Shown here in pieces: positions 29,862 to 40,437 of a DNA stretch of 64,000 bases; the stretch's first letter is position 1; every line of letters starts with the position of its first letter. The translations under genes and the position numbers were made by a program. Source of the DNA: Bacilli bacterium (lineage in GTDB: Bacteria > Bacillota_I > Bacilli_A > ML615J-28 > CAG-698); contig JBMNLZ010000003.1 of assembly GCA_050953065.1 (NCBI GenBank), positions 128,001 to 192,000 of the forward strand. Reading direction: 5' to 3'. The notes beneath the pieces are model-generated. The model was not told the origin of the DNA. It was given only the letters and a program-made list of their open reading frames with translations, and ran no database searches.

Positions 29862-32318
29862 TTATTTTCTACGTTTTATAAAGATAACACCAAAGCCAAC
29901 AAATAAGAAAAACATATTCGTTAAAGCAAGAACACAACCATTTTCTGTAGAGTTAGTTGGTGGTTTTGATGCACTCGCTGTTTTAATACAATATGTAAAA
30001 TCATCATAAAGCAGTCTTCCACCACTATCTTCTATTTGTAAGGTTACTACGTTTTCTCCAACTATTAAGCTTTCTGTTACATCATATTCACTAATTGCTT
30101 CGGTTAAGACTTCTACTTCTATATCATTAACTAAAATAGTAATTTGTTTAATCATTTCTAAAGGACAACCAATGTCCCACTTAAGTAAATAAGTATCTTG
30201 ATTTTCTACTATCTCAACATCACTTATAGCGATATGATTTAACTCTTCAATTTCATAAACTATAGTTTTATCATAAACCAAAGTACTACCTTTATAAGCT
30301 TTTAATGTAATATTATTTCTGCCTTGTTTTAAATAATAATTTAATGTAAATTCAGAAACAATTTGTTCTAGCAAAAATGTATATTTGTTATTTATATTTA
30401 TTACTTGCATATCCATTTCATAAGGTAAGTTATTCCCCCAAAGCAATTTGTAATCACCATCCACTATATTAACATGCAAATTACTAATCACAGGAACTGC
30501 TTGGTCTTCAACATAATGTGTTAGGTTTTGACTAAATATTTGAACATCACTTGTATCAAAAACTTTTAAGGTAACTGTGTTGTTTCCAACTGTTAGATAA
30601 TCTGTAATTTCGCATTGATTAACCACAGTATTAAAAGTCCTTACTACTTCTCCATCCACATAAACTTCCATTTTTTTAATTAATGCAACTGGATACTCAA
30701 CATTCCATTTTAAGATATGGGCATATTTAGTTGATTCTACTCTTAAATTACTAATTGAATTTAAAACTCCTTCAATAGCATAAGTTAATTCACCTTCAGT
30801 ATTGGTTCTTGAAATTGCAGCAATTGCATAAGTATAGTTTGTATTTGGTTCAGCTGAATTATCAATAAACGTTTTAGTTTTATTTCCAACAACAGCAATT
30901 AATTCATCAATAGTTTGATTAATAGTTGAAGACTTACTTCTATAAATCGCATATTTAATCGCATCATCCATTAAACTCCACTGTAAAGTTTTTCCACTTA
31001 CTACTAAATCAGAAACTTCACCTAAACTAACCGGAGCCATCGTTCTAATCTCAGGAGTTAGTGCTTGATAATTCCACAAAGGCAAGATGTTTCTTGCATT
31101 TTTAGCTTGCGGAGTAGTAGCTCCACTTAATCCTGCTGTTAAATTCTTATAACTAAAAATACAATGTCCTTGAACTAAAGGATGTTTTGTAACATACCTG
31201 ATTTGTCTATCTGCTTCATATTCTTCTGCCCATGATTCAGATGTCCTATAAATCCCCATACCAGAATATAAATTAACTTTTTTCTTTGCAACTGCTTTTG
31301 CCCACCAATCAACAACATCAGCAAAACCAGCTACCGAATGAGAAAATCCCCAATAAGATTGCGGAATAATATAATCTATCCATTCGTTATCTACCCATTT
31401 TTTAGTGTCTGCAAACAAATATGATGCATAATGTTCTTGAGCAGATGTATTAGAACCATAACTTGAATAATCACCACTTGCATTATATGTTCCATTCATC
31501 GCTTGATTATATGAACTAACATTTCTATAAACTCCAGTTGGAGCAATCCCAAGTTGAACATGTTTATTATTGTTTCCATTGTATTCCCTTATTGAATTAC
31601 TTAAATCTAGGATAAAAGCATTGATATCTTCTCTTTTTTCATCACTTGTCCTTGACATAGTAATTCCATCAGTATAGAAATAATCATCAAAGTGGATTGC
31701 ATCAATATCATAGTTTTCAACAACTTCCATGCATGTATCTACTAAAAAATCTCTAACTAATTGAAGCGATGGATTTAGAATAGTAGTGTTTCCGTATAAT
31801 AAATTAGCAGATCTTGAAGCAGGATTTGCTTCAGGATAAACATAACTAGTGCCAACTCGATAAGGATTCATCCAAGCATGAAATTCAATTGCTTCTTCAT
31901 GGCATCTTTCAACCAACCATTCAAGCGGATCAAATTCTTCAAAATTTATATTGCTAACATAACTTGCTTTAGGATTATATTGTGATGGATAAAGCGCATC
32001 ATTATGAATTCTTATATGAAACATCATCGCATTTAAATTGTATTGTTTCATAGTATCGATTGCTGCATTCATCGCATTTTTAAAAGTATCAACTCCATTT
32101 ACCCTAACATCTCCTGTTAAAGGTGTAATCCAAACTCCACGCATATCATATTTTTGCTTTTCATAAACATCAGGAATTTGAACTTGTGTACTTGTTCTAT
32201 AGTAATAAACTGCTTCATTGTCAATTTCTAAGCCTATTAAATTATATCCTTTGACATTAACTAATACTATAAACATTAAAACTATTGATATTAAAAAGGC
32301 ATTCAGTATTTTTTTCAT
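29862..32318 (-). CDS. Surface glycoside hydrolase-like GHL10 (DUF187/YddW-DigH-like) protein with Fn3/Ig-like repeats and C-terminal anchor
   Basis: Signal peptide, MRGVWI, EFHAWMNPYR, YDIDAIHFDDYFY, WIDYIIPQSYW; tail ENGC-hydrophobic-KRRK. Confidence 0.85.
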   Translation of the reverse strand: MKKILNAFLISIVLMFIVLVNVKGYNLIGLEIDNEAVYYYRTSTQVQIPDVYEKQKYDMRGVWITPLTGDVRVNGVDTFKNAMNAAIDTMKQYNLNAMMFHIRIHNDALYPSQYNPKASYVSNINFEEFDPLEWLVERCHEEAIEFHAWMNPYRVGTSYVYPEANPASRSANLLYGNTTILNPSLQLVRDFLVDTCMEVVENYDIDAIHFDDYFYTDGITMSRTSDEKREDINAFILDLSNSIREYNGNNNKHVQLGIAPTGVYRNVSSYNQAMNGTYNASGDYSSYGSNTSAQEHYASYLFADTKKWVDNEWIDYIIPQSYWGFSHSVAGFADVVDWWAKAVAKKKVNLYSGMGIYRTSESWAEEYEADRQIRYVTKHPLVQGHCIFSYKNLTAGLSGATTPQAKNARNILPLWNYQALTPEIRTMAPVSLGEVSDLVVSGKTLQWSLMDDAIKYAIYRSKSSTINQTIDELIAVVGNKTKTFIDNSAEPNTNYTYAIAAISRTNTEGELTYAIEGVLNSISNLRVESTKYAHILKWNVEYPVALIKKMEVYVDGEVVRTFNTVVNQCEITDYLTVGNNTVTLKVFDTSDVQIFSQNLTHYVEDQAVPVISNLHVNIVDGDYKLLWGNNLPYEMDMQVININNKYTFLLEQIVSEFTLNYYLKQGRNNITLKAYKGSTLVYDKTIVYEIEELNHIAISDVEIVENQDTYLLKWDIGCPLEMIKQITILVNDIEVEVLTEAISEYDVTESLIVGENVVTLQIEDSGGRLLYDDFTYCIKTASASKPPTNSTENGCVLALTNMFFLFVGFGVIFIKRRK

Positions 32319-32329
32319 AATTTCTTCCT

Positions 32330-34627
32330 TTAATTATAATTTTCTTTTCTTTTTATCATCATAAACCCAAAGCCAACAAACAAGAAAAATAGATTAACTG
32401 CAGTTGCCTTACAACCCTTTTTAGGAGTCTCTTCTTCTGGCGGAGTAATAGGAGTAGGATCTATATATTGATATAAAATATAATTATCATAAACTAAATT
32501 ATCATATATATCTAAAACTTCTAAAGAAACAGTATTAATACCATCAGCTAAAAAGCTTGTTATATCAAAGTCTGAATTTGGATCAATCAAAGTTTTAACT
32601 AAATTATCTTCAACAAACACCTTAATTTCTTTAAATTGTTCTTCCGGCATTCCTAAATTCCACTTTAATAAGCAACTAGTAATCAAAGTATCAGGATTTG
32701 TTCTTTCTTCAATCATTACATCATTTAAAGTATATTTATTCACTGCAGTTGTTTCATAGGTTAGGCTTAAAGATTTTACTTCTGAATTTGATTTATATGC
32801 TTTTAAAGTGATATTATTTGTTCCTGCTTTTAATAAATATGAAATATCATATTTATTAAGCATCTCATTAACATTTAATAAATAATTATTATTTATTTTA
32901 ATTTTAAAACTATCAATTTCATCTAGAAAGTTGTTTTTCCAAATTAAAGTAGGATTACCATAAATTACATCAATTTCTAAATTATCAATTACTGGAATTA
33001 TTACTTTTCCACTTACTGGATAAGTTAATTCTCCTTCAGTATTTGTTCCTGAAATTGCTGTTATCGCATATGTATAACTCTTAGTAGGATCATTTGTTTC
33101 ATCTACAAAATACTTTGCTTTATTACCAACTACTGTTAATAACTCTGATGCAGTTTGATTAACTGTATCAGACTCACTTCTATAGATTGCATAACGCCTT
33201 GCGTTAGCTAAACTATCCCAAGATAGTTTATTTCCTTCAACTCTAAAATTACTAACTTTCCCTAAACTAACTGGAGTCATTGTTCTAATTTCAGGAAGAA
33301 GCGAAGGATAATCCCACAATTCTTTTAAATTATTAGCGTTTATAGCATTAGTTGTTAGGACACCATTCTTAGCAGCCTTTAACTCCCCATATTTATAAAT
33401 AAAAGTTCCTCTAACACTTTCAAACTGAGATGTGTATGTTACTTGCATTGCTGCTTCATGTAAGTTGGTTCTCCAAGAACCTTGGGCCATATAAATCCCC
33501 ATTGAAGCATATAGGTTTACTTTCTTCCTAGCAGTAGCTAGCGCCCACCATTCAACTAAATCCGCAAACTGCCCAGGATTATCCATAAAAGACCAATAAG
33601 TTTGAGGAGCAATATAATCTATCCACTCATTATCTACCCACTTTTTAGTATCAGCATATAAATAAGAACCATAATGAGCATTACATCCACTATTGTTTGA
33701 GCCTACCGCTGAATAAGTCCCACTATCATCATATGTTCCACCAATTGCTTGAGCACGAGTGTTAACTGTTCTATAAACTCCAGTTGGAGCAATTCCCAAC
33801 TGAACATGGCGATTATGTTCCTCATTGTATTCTCTCATAGTAATACTTAATTTTTCAATAAACATATTAACTTGTTCTCTTCGCCAATCTGCAATATTTA
33901 AGCCCTTCGGATTATAAGCATTATATGTTGCAGTATCATTAATTCTAGCTGCATAGAAATAATCATCAAAATGAATTGCATCTATATCATAATTTTCAAT
34001 AATTTCCATACATGTATCTACTAAGAAATCTCTTACCAAAGGAATTCCTGGATTTAAAATCAAACCTTCCTTTATACCATCATGCATTGTTAAAAGATTC
34101 GCAGAATTTTTTGCAGGATTTGCATCAGGATAATAAGATTCTGGCATCGCAGTAGCACGATACGGATTAAGCCAAGCATGAAATTCATAACCTTCTTCAT
34201 GGCATCTCTTAATTACCCATTCTAAAGGATCAAAAGTATCAAAATCAATATTTAAGACTCTAGTAGATTTAGGATTTAGTCTTGATGGATAATAAGCATC
34301 ATTGTGTGATCTAACATGAAATACTAAAGTATTAAGATTAAAAAACTTCATTGTTTCAAAAACTTCTTCTAATTCTGTTCTAAAATTAACTTCATTATTA
34401 ATTCTAATATCACCAGAAATAGGCGTTACCCAGATTGCTCTCATATCAAACTTTCTTTTTTCATAAGCATCTGGCGTTTGAACTTGAGTTTGAGTTCCTT
34501 TGTAGTAAACTTTTTCTCCATCAATTTCAAGCCCTGTTAATTCATAAGCTTTACTTTCGCCTAAACTAATTACTATAATAAACATCAAGATTAAAGAAAG
34601 GATACTGAATTTTAAAAGTTTTTTCAT
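32330..34627 (-). CDS. Surface GHL10 (DUF187) glycoside hydrolase-like protein, paralog
   Basis: MRAIWV, EFHAWLNPYR, DAIHFDDYFY, WIDYIAPQTYW; tail KKGC-hydrophobic-KRK. Confidence 0.85.
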   Translation of the reverse strand: MKKLLKFSILSLILMFIIVISLGESKAYELTGLEIDGEKVYYKGTQTQVQTPDAYEKRKFDMRAIWVTPISGDIRINNEVNFRTELEEVFETMKFFNLNTLVFHVRSHNDAYYPSRLNPKSTRVLNIDFDTFDPLEWVIKRCHEEGYEFHAWLNPYRATAMPESYYPDANPAKNSANLLTMHDGIKEGLILNPGIPLVRDFLVDTCMEIIENYDIDAIHFDDYFYAARINDTATYNAYNPKGLNIADWRREQVNMFIEKLSITMREYNEEHNRHVQLGIAPTGVYRTVNTRAQAIGGTYDDSGTYSAVGSNNSGCNAHYGSYLYADTKKWVDNEWIDYIAPQTYWSFMDNPGQFADLVEWWALATARKKVNLYASMGIYMAQGSWRTNLHEAAMQVTYTSQFESVRGTFIYKYGELKAAKNGVLTTNAINANNLKELWDYPSLLPEIRTMTPVSLGKVSNFRVEGNKLSWDSLANARRYAIYRSESDTVNQTASELLTVVGNKAKYFVDETNDPTKSYTYAITAISGTNTEGELTYPVSGKVIIPVIDNLEIDVIYGNPTLIWKNNFLDEIDSFKIKINNNYLLNVNEMLNKYDISYLLKAGTNNITLKAYKSNSEVKSLSLTYETTAVNKYTLNDVMIEERTNPDTLITSCLLKWNLGMPEEQFKEIKVFVEDNLVKTLIDPNSDFDITSFLADGINTVSLEVLDIYDNLVYDNYILYQYIDPTPITPPEEETPKKGCKATAVNLFFLFVGFGFMMIKRKENYN

Positions 34628-34727
34628 TTTTCACCTGCGGTTTTTAAATTTTTTATTTATTATAAAGCGCATACATTTTATTATATCATAAAAAACGTTT
34701 TCTGCATATTTTTTTATTTTTTTTACA

Positions 34728-34763
34728 TAAAAAGAAAGATAAGATACATAAATATCTTATCTT
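34728..34763 (-). terminator. Terminator at end of pst/pho operon
   Basis: AAGATAAGATA/TATCTTATCTT hairpin followed by T-rich tail. Confidence 0.65.
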
Positions 34764-35454
34764 ACATTTTAGAAAGTTCATTTGCTCTGTCTTTAAAAAT
34801 CGCAGCAATTTCTTTATGATTTAGATTTTTCTTTTCTAACTCTAAAAAAGAGACCGCTTTATCTATAACTAGAGTCTTCTTCTTCCTTTGAAAATACATA
34901 TTATAGATTTTAATATCTCTTTGGTATTTTTCATAAAACTTAGAAGCTAGAAAATAAAATCCTCCGTAATATTCTTTTAATTCATCATGATAACCATCAC
35001 TTGAATTTTCCGGAAAAATCAAAATATTAGTGCCTTTATCTAACAAATCCAAACTATATTCAATTGTTTTTATCATTCTTTGATCAGTATATGTCGGAAT
35101 TAATTGCATCCCCTTATAAAAAAGCCCACTAAAAGGAGCAATTAAGCTCGCTTTTATAACAGATACAAACTTTGAATTATGTTTCTTTTTTAAAAAATAG
35201 TTCTTAGCTAAATAATCCCATCTAGCCTTAATCCCACCACACATCTCATATGTTCCCCAAAACCTAAAATTTTTTGGAAAATATAATTCTAAAGTAATCG
35301 GGCCATTAGCCCCTACGTGATTACTCACATAGATTGCTGAATCCTCTAAAGCTCCACCTAAATTAATAAATTTAGGTTTTCTTTTAAATATTCTTAATAT
35401 ACACTTTATAAATCTAAAAAATGGTTTTCTTTTTGGCTTCGTTGATAACTGCAT
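34762..35454 (-). CDS. Lysophospholipid acyltransferase (PlsC-like superfamily)
   Basis: YVSNH motif I, LIP, ILIFPE motif III. Confidence 0.7.
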   Translation of the reverse strand: MQLSTKPKRKPFFRFIKCILRIFKRKPKFINLGGALEDSAIYVSNHVGANGPITLELYFPKNFRFWGTYEMCGGIKARWDYLAKNYFLKKKHNSKFVSVIKASLIAPFSGLFYKGMQLIPTYTDQRMIKTIEYSLDLLDKGTNILIFPENSSDGYHDELKEYYGGFYFLASKFYEKYQRDIKIYNMYFQRKKKTLVIDKAVSFLELEKKNLNHKEIAAIFKDRANELSKM

Positions 35455-35475
35455 GAATATATTTTCTCCTATTAG

Positions 35476-37149
35476 TTAGTTTTTAAAGTCAATTGTAAAG
35501 ATTGTCCCTTCATTTTTCTTGCTCTTAAACGAAATATCAAAATTATATAAAGAACAAATATGTTTAACAATTGCTAGTCCTAACCCTGTACCACCCAGTT
35601 CTTTGCTTTTACCTTTATCAACGCGATAAAATCTTTCAAAAATCCTTGATTGATGTTCCTCATCAATTCCAATACCACCATCTGCAATAGTTAAAGATTT
35701 TTTTTCTAATTTTATATTTATAAATCCTTCATTAACATTATATTTGATAGCATTGTCTATTAAATTTCTTACTAGATGAACTGCATGATCAGTGTTCATC
35801 TTTATTATAACATCTTTTAAGTCTAAATTGATAGAAAGATTTTTACTTTTTATATTATTATCATAACTATTTAAAACATCTTTAATTGTTAGTGGTAAAT
35901 CAACATCCGTTACTTGCACTTTTTTAACGTTTTCTAGTTTTGATAATTCAAGCATTTCAGAAAGAATTGCATTCATTCTTGTTGCTTCTTTAATTGTATT
36001 TTCTGTTGCTTGAGCGATTTCTTTTTTATCTTTAACAATTCCTTCTTTAATCATTTGTTGGTAACCAATGATTGTAGTTAAAGGACTTTTTAACTCATGT
36101 GATGCATTCGCAAAAAATTCTTTTTTCATAATTTCAATTTTTTTAGCTTTTGTAATATTAGTGAAAAGTAAGGCAACACCTGCTTTGCCATTAGACCTTG
36201 TCAACCAACTACTTTTAATCGTATTAAAATACACCGAATATGTTTGATCGCCTATTTTTATATCTGTAGTACTAATTATGCTATCCTCAATTGCTTTAGA
36301 AATTTGAATTTGAAGGTTAACATCTCTTATTAGATATAAATAATCTCTATTAATTACTTTTTCTTTTTTAACATTTAAGACATTACAAATATAATCATTT
36401 ACTAAAACTACTTCTTTTTCAGATGAAATTACGATTAACCCTTGATTCATATTATTAAGTACGAAATCAACTTTTTCTTTTTCATCAGCAATAGCCTTTA
36501 TTTTTTCATCAACTAAATTGCTTATCTTATCAATATGATGAGAAAATGTTTCAATATTATCGTAATAATAATCGCCACTAAACTCAACTATTTTTTCCAT
36601 CTTATCAACTACTTTTCTTAATGGTTTTAATGTTTCTTTATTAATAGGCATCATTATTAAAACAGAAAGAATTGTAATTGCAATTAAAACAAATAATGCA
36701 ACAAACATAAAATTAATAATAATTTTATTAATCGATGCAACAGGAATTGCAACTCTTAAATAAATTCCATGCTTAATACTTGCCACATACATCATTCTTA
36801 ATTTAAAAGTATCAGAATATCTAGCAACAACACGTCCAAGATCAACAATCTCAGGACGATTTATATGAGAATCAAATTCCTCAGTATCTGACAAAGTATC
36901 ATATAATACATCACCTTCTAAAGATATAAAAGTCATTCTTACATTTGGTTTAGCATTATTAATAATTTCAGAGGTTTCGGCAAAATTATCTCCAGTAAAA
37001 ACACCTTCTGCAATATATAAATAACTTTCAATTTCATTTTTTGTATTATTATAATTAACTCTAGATATTATAATCATACTAACAGATAGCAATAAAATAA
37101 GAGCTACAAAAACAATAATCGAATTAGTAATAATTAATCTTTTTCTCAT
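35476..37149 (-). CDS. phoR: Sensor histidine kinase PhoR-like
   Basis: 2 TM, PAS-like region, H-box ASHELKSPLT, NLIDNAIKY, D.GIGI, FERFYRVDK, GTGLGL; in pst operon. Confidence 0.88.
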   Translation of the reverse strand: MRKRLIITNSIIVFVALILLLSVSMIIISRVNYNNTKNEIESYLYIAEGVFTGDNFAETSEIINNAKPNVRMTFISLEGDVLYDTLSDTEEFDSHINRPEIVDLGRVVARYSDTFKLRMMYVASIKHGIYLRVAIPVASINKIIINFMFVALFVLIAITILSVLIMMPINKETLKPLRKVVDKMEKIVEFSGDYYYDNIETFSHHIDKISNLVDEKIKAIADEKEKVDFVLNNMNQGLIVISSEKEVVLVNDYICNVLNVKKEKVINRDYLYLIRDVNLQIQISKAIEDSIISTTDIKIGDQTYSVYFNTIKSSWLTRSNGKAGVALLFTNITKAKKIEIMKKEFFANASHELKSPLTTIIGYQQMIKEGIVKDKKEIAQATENTIKEATRMNAILSEMLELSKLENVKKVQVTDVDLPLTIKDVLNSYDNNIKSKNLSINLDLKDVIIKMNTDHAVHLVRNLIDNAIKYNVNEGFINIKLEKKSLTIADGGIGIDEEHQSRIFERFYRVDKGKSKELGGTGLGLAIVKHICSLYNFDISFKSKKNEGTIFTIDFKN

Positions 37150-37817
37150 AATGATATTCTATATCCTATTCCATGTACTGTTTTAATAATTTTCATATCT
37201 TTATCACCTAGTTTTTCTCTAATAGATTTAATATGCATATCGACTGCTCTGGTTTCCAAAATACTGTCAACTCCCCAAATTTGATTAATTATTTCTTCTC
37301 TTGAAACAGCTTCTCCAGCTTTATTCATTAACAAAGTTAAAATTTCAAATTCTCTAACAGTTAAAAAGATTTCTTCTTTTCCTTTAAAACAAGTATGTTT
37401 ATTAACATCTAAAACTATATCTCCTTGTTGAAGTAAGTTTGTTTTTTTACGTCTTCTAAATTTAGCATTTATCCTAGACATTAATTCTAAAATATTAAAA
37501 GGTTTTTCAATATAATCATCTGCCCCCAAATCAAGCCCATCGATTTTATTGACAAGCAAAGTATTAGCAGAAATTATAATAATATCAATATCATTATTTT
37601 TTTCATCACTTCTAATTTCTTTTAAAATTTCAGAACCACTAATATCAGGCAACATCATATCAAGCAAAATCATTTCAGGCTTTTCTTTTTTAAATGCTTC
37701 AAAAAAACTTTTTCCATTATAAAAAGTTTTTACTTCATAACCTTGTTTTGTAAGAGTGGTATTAATAATATAGGCAATATCCTTATCATCTTCAACCGAA
37801 TAAATTAAATGTTTCAT
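37146..37817 (-). CDS. phoP: OmpR-family response regulator PhoP/PhoB
   Basis: VEDD, LLDMMLP, GADDYIEKPF, ETRAVDMHI, TVHGIGY; follows phoU. Confidence 0.88.
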   Translation of the reverse strand: MKHLIYSVEDDKDIAYIINTTLTKQGYEVKTFYNGKSFFEAFKKEKPEMILLDMMLPDISGSEILKEIRSDEKNNDIDIIIISANTLLVNKIDGLDLGADDYIEKPFNILELMSRINAKFRRRKKTNLLQQGDIVLDVNKHTCFKGKEEIFLTVREFEILTLLMNKAGEAVSREEIINQIWGVDSILETRAVDMHIKSIREKLGDKDMKIIKTVHGIGYRISL

Positions 37818-37824
37818 ATTTACC

Positions 37825-38472
37825 TCAAAAAATCTTTTCTTCTTTATGGAAACCGCTACTAATATAAATTACCCATTCAGCAATATTAACAGCATGGTCA
37901 GCTATCCTCTCTATATATTTTACCACCAAAGTGTTGTAAATAGCAAATAAAACTCCAATTTTTGCATGAGTTCCTTCTTCAACAAAATATTCAATCATTT
38001 CTAAATACATTTTATCAACTATTTCATCTCTTTTTATAACCTCTCTTGCAAGAGGAATATCTTTATTAATATAGCTTAAAATTGACTCTTTAACCATCGA
38101 AAGAGTTACATTAACAAACTTTTCCATTCTTTCTATTTTACCATTTTTTAAAGCATTAATTTTATAGCTAACTTCTACAATATCTTCTGCTTGATCTCCA
38201 ATTCGTTCTAAATCTGCTACTAACTTTAAAACCCCAGTTACTTGACGTAAATCTCTAGCATAAGGACGTTCTCTTAAGATAATACTTAAGCATAAACTTT
38301 CGACTAACTTTTCATACTGATCAACGATATCATCATTGATATCAATTTCTTCTTCAGTAATTTCTCCTTTATAAAAACTAAAGGCTTCTGCTATATTTTT
38401 TACAACAAGATCCGACATTTGAAACAACATTTTATTTAACAATTCTAAATCTTTATCTAATTGTTTATTCAT
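37825..38472 (-). CDS. phoU: Phosphate signalling protein PhoU
   Basis: P.ARDLR, DLERIGD, ERIADHAVNIAEW; likely start ATG 38472. Confidence 0.92.
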   Translation of the reverse strand: MNKQLDKDLELLNKMLFQMSDLVVKNIAEAFSFYKGEITEEEIDINDDIVDQYEKLVESLCLSIILRERPYARDLRQVTGVLKLVADLERIGDQAEDIVEVSYKINALKNGKIERMEKFVNVTLSMVKESILSYINKDIPLAREVIKRDEIVDKMYLEMIEYFVEEGTHAKIGVLFAIYNTLVVKYIERIADHAVNIAEWVIYISSGFHKEEKIF

Positions 38473-38476
38473 ACTT

Positions 38477-39226
38477 TTAACCAAACCTTCCTGTTATATA
38501 ATCTTCAGTTTTTTTGTTTTTAGGATTTTTAAAAATGTTTTCGGTTCTATCATACTCAATGATTTCACCTAACAAAAAAAAGGCCGTGTAATCACTAACT
38601 CTAGCTGCTTGTTGCATATTATGAGTTACGATGATTATTGTATATTGTTGCTTAAGTTCAAAAATCAACTCTTCAATTTTTAAAGTAGCAATCGGATCAA
38701 GTGCACTGGTTGGTTCATCCATCAAAATTACTTTTGGTTGCATCGCAATACATCTAGCAATGCAAAGACGTTGTTGCTGGCCACCTGATAGGCTCAAAGC
38801 ATTATCCTTTAGTCTATCTTTAACTTCTTCATAAAGAGAGGCTTTTTTTAAGGATTCTATTACTATTTCTTTTAATTTAGCTTTATTTTTTATTCCCTGG
38901 CACCTTAAACCATAAGCTACATTATCAAAAATGCTCATTGGAAATGGATTCGGAGTTTGAAAAACCATTCCTACCATAGTCCTTAATTTAATAACATCCA
39001 TATTATTAATATTCAATCCATCATAGAAAATATCACCAGTTATTGAACAACCACTAATTAAATCATTCATTCTATTTAAAGATCTTAGGAAAGTGGATTT
39101 CCCACAACCAGAAGGACCAATAAAAGCAGTTACGTTATTTTCAAAAATGTCTAAATTAATGTCTTTTAAAACATGATTATCATCATATTTTAAATTCATA
39201 TTCTCAACTTTAAAAACACTATTCAT
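38477..39226 (-). CDS. pstB: Phosphate ABC transporter ATPase
   Basis: [44 protein letters not shown]. Confidence 0.97.
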   Translation of the reverse strand: MNSVFKVENMNLKYDDNHVLKDINLDIFENNVTAFIGPSGCGKSTFLRSLNRMNDLISGCSITGDIFYDGLNINNMDVIKLRTMVGMVFQTPNPFPMSIFDNVAYGLRCQGIKNKAKLKEIVIESLKKASLYEEVKDRLKDNALSLSGGQQQRLCIARCIAMQPKVILMDEPTSALDPIATLKIEELIFELKQQYTIIIVTHNMQQAARVSDYTAFFLLGEIIEYDRTENIFKNPKNKKTEDYITGRFG

Positions 39227-40437
39227 TAGTTTTCCTCCTGAAATCTATTTATTTTTTTACTAACATATTTAACTGAAATACTAAGAATAAAGACTATCAT
39301 TAAAATAATTATTGAGATAGCACAAGATAATTCAAAGTTAGGATTCTCCCCACTCATCATACTCCAAATATGAACAGCTAGAGTTGTTGATTTATTTGAA
39401 ATAGAAACTCTGTCTTTTATGGCAGTTCCTACCGCATAAATTAAAGCAGCGCTTTCTCCAATAATTCTACCAATTGAAAGTAGGGTTGCTGTTAGAATCC
39501 CTGACAAAGCATTTGGAATAACAACTTTAAAAGTTGTTTGAGTTTTGCTGGCACCAAGGGCAAGTGAAGCATGACGATACTTATCTGGTATTGCTTTTAG
39601 TGCTTCTTCGGTAGTTTTTGCAATCGTTGGCAATAAAATAACTGCTAAAGTTAAAGCACCACTTAAAAGGTTCCCACCATTTGCATTAAGAAGTTTACTA
39701 GTAAACGGAATAAAAACAGTAGCTCCCATTAACCCAAAAATAATTGATGGCATCCCTGCAATTAAATCAATTGATGATTTAATTAAATTGGTAAACTTAT
39801 TTTGTTTAGCAAATTCATTTAAATAAATCGCTGTACCAATTCCTAATGGTAGAGCAAAAATAAGCGTTAGGATTATTAGATAAAGTGTTGTTAAAAGAGA
39901 GCCTCTAATTCCACCACCTGGTTCTAACATTATCATATCTTTTATAACATCACCTTGTTCAAACTTTTCAATTAAACTTTCTGCTTTATCTCTGCTTAAT
40001 CCCATAATAAAACTAGATTCATCGCTTGAAAGTATGATTTTATTAATCGCACTTCCTACTTTTAAAGATTTGTATTCTTTTGTTTGAACATCTGACATGT
40101 TTCTTAATGGAGACCTTTCATCTAAATAAGCAATTTCTACAATTGGCTTATTTTCATTATCAACTGCATCTTTTAAAGCAATTCCCCATCTAGATGAAAA
40201 ATATGTATTGTTTAAATCTGGATCAACATAACCTCCTAGAATATAGTTTTCCCTATCTTCTAGTTTTAAATTTGTTACATAATCAAAATAATTTCCTGTA
40301 ATTAATTTAAAAGAAATTAATTTATAACCATTTGAAAAAATAAAAATTAATAAAGCTGCTAAAACTACCAACCCAACACTTGAAAATAAATACGTAACAA
40401 TATTAATACTAATTTCTTTTACTTTTCTTACGTTCAT
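39226..40437 (-). CDS. pstA: Phosphate ABC permease PstA with large extracytoplasmic insertion
   Basis: [37 protein letters not shown]. Confidence 0.92.
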   Translation of the reverse strand: MNVRKVKEISINIVTYLFSSVGLVVLAALLIFIFSNGYKLISFKLITGNYFDYVTNLKLEDRENYILGGYVDPDLNNTYFSSRWGIALKDAVDNENKPIVEIAYLDERSPLRNMSDVQTKEYKSLKVGSAINKIILSSDESSFIMGLSRDKAESLIEKFEQGDVIKDMIMLEPGGGIRGSLLTTLYLIILTLIFALPLGIGTAIYLNEFAKQNKFTNLIKSSIDLIAGMPSIIFGLMGATVFIPFTSKLLNANGGNLLSGALTLAVILLPTIAKTTEEALKAIPDKYRHASLALGASKTQTTFKVVIPNALSGILTATLLSIGRIIGESAALIYAVGTAIKDRVSISNKSTTLAVHIWSMMSGENPNFELSCAISIIILMIVFILSISVKYVSKKINRFQEEN

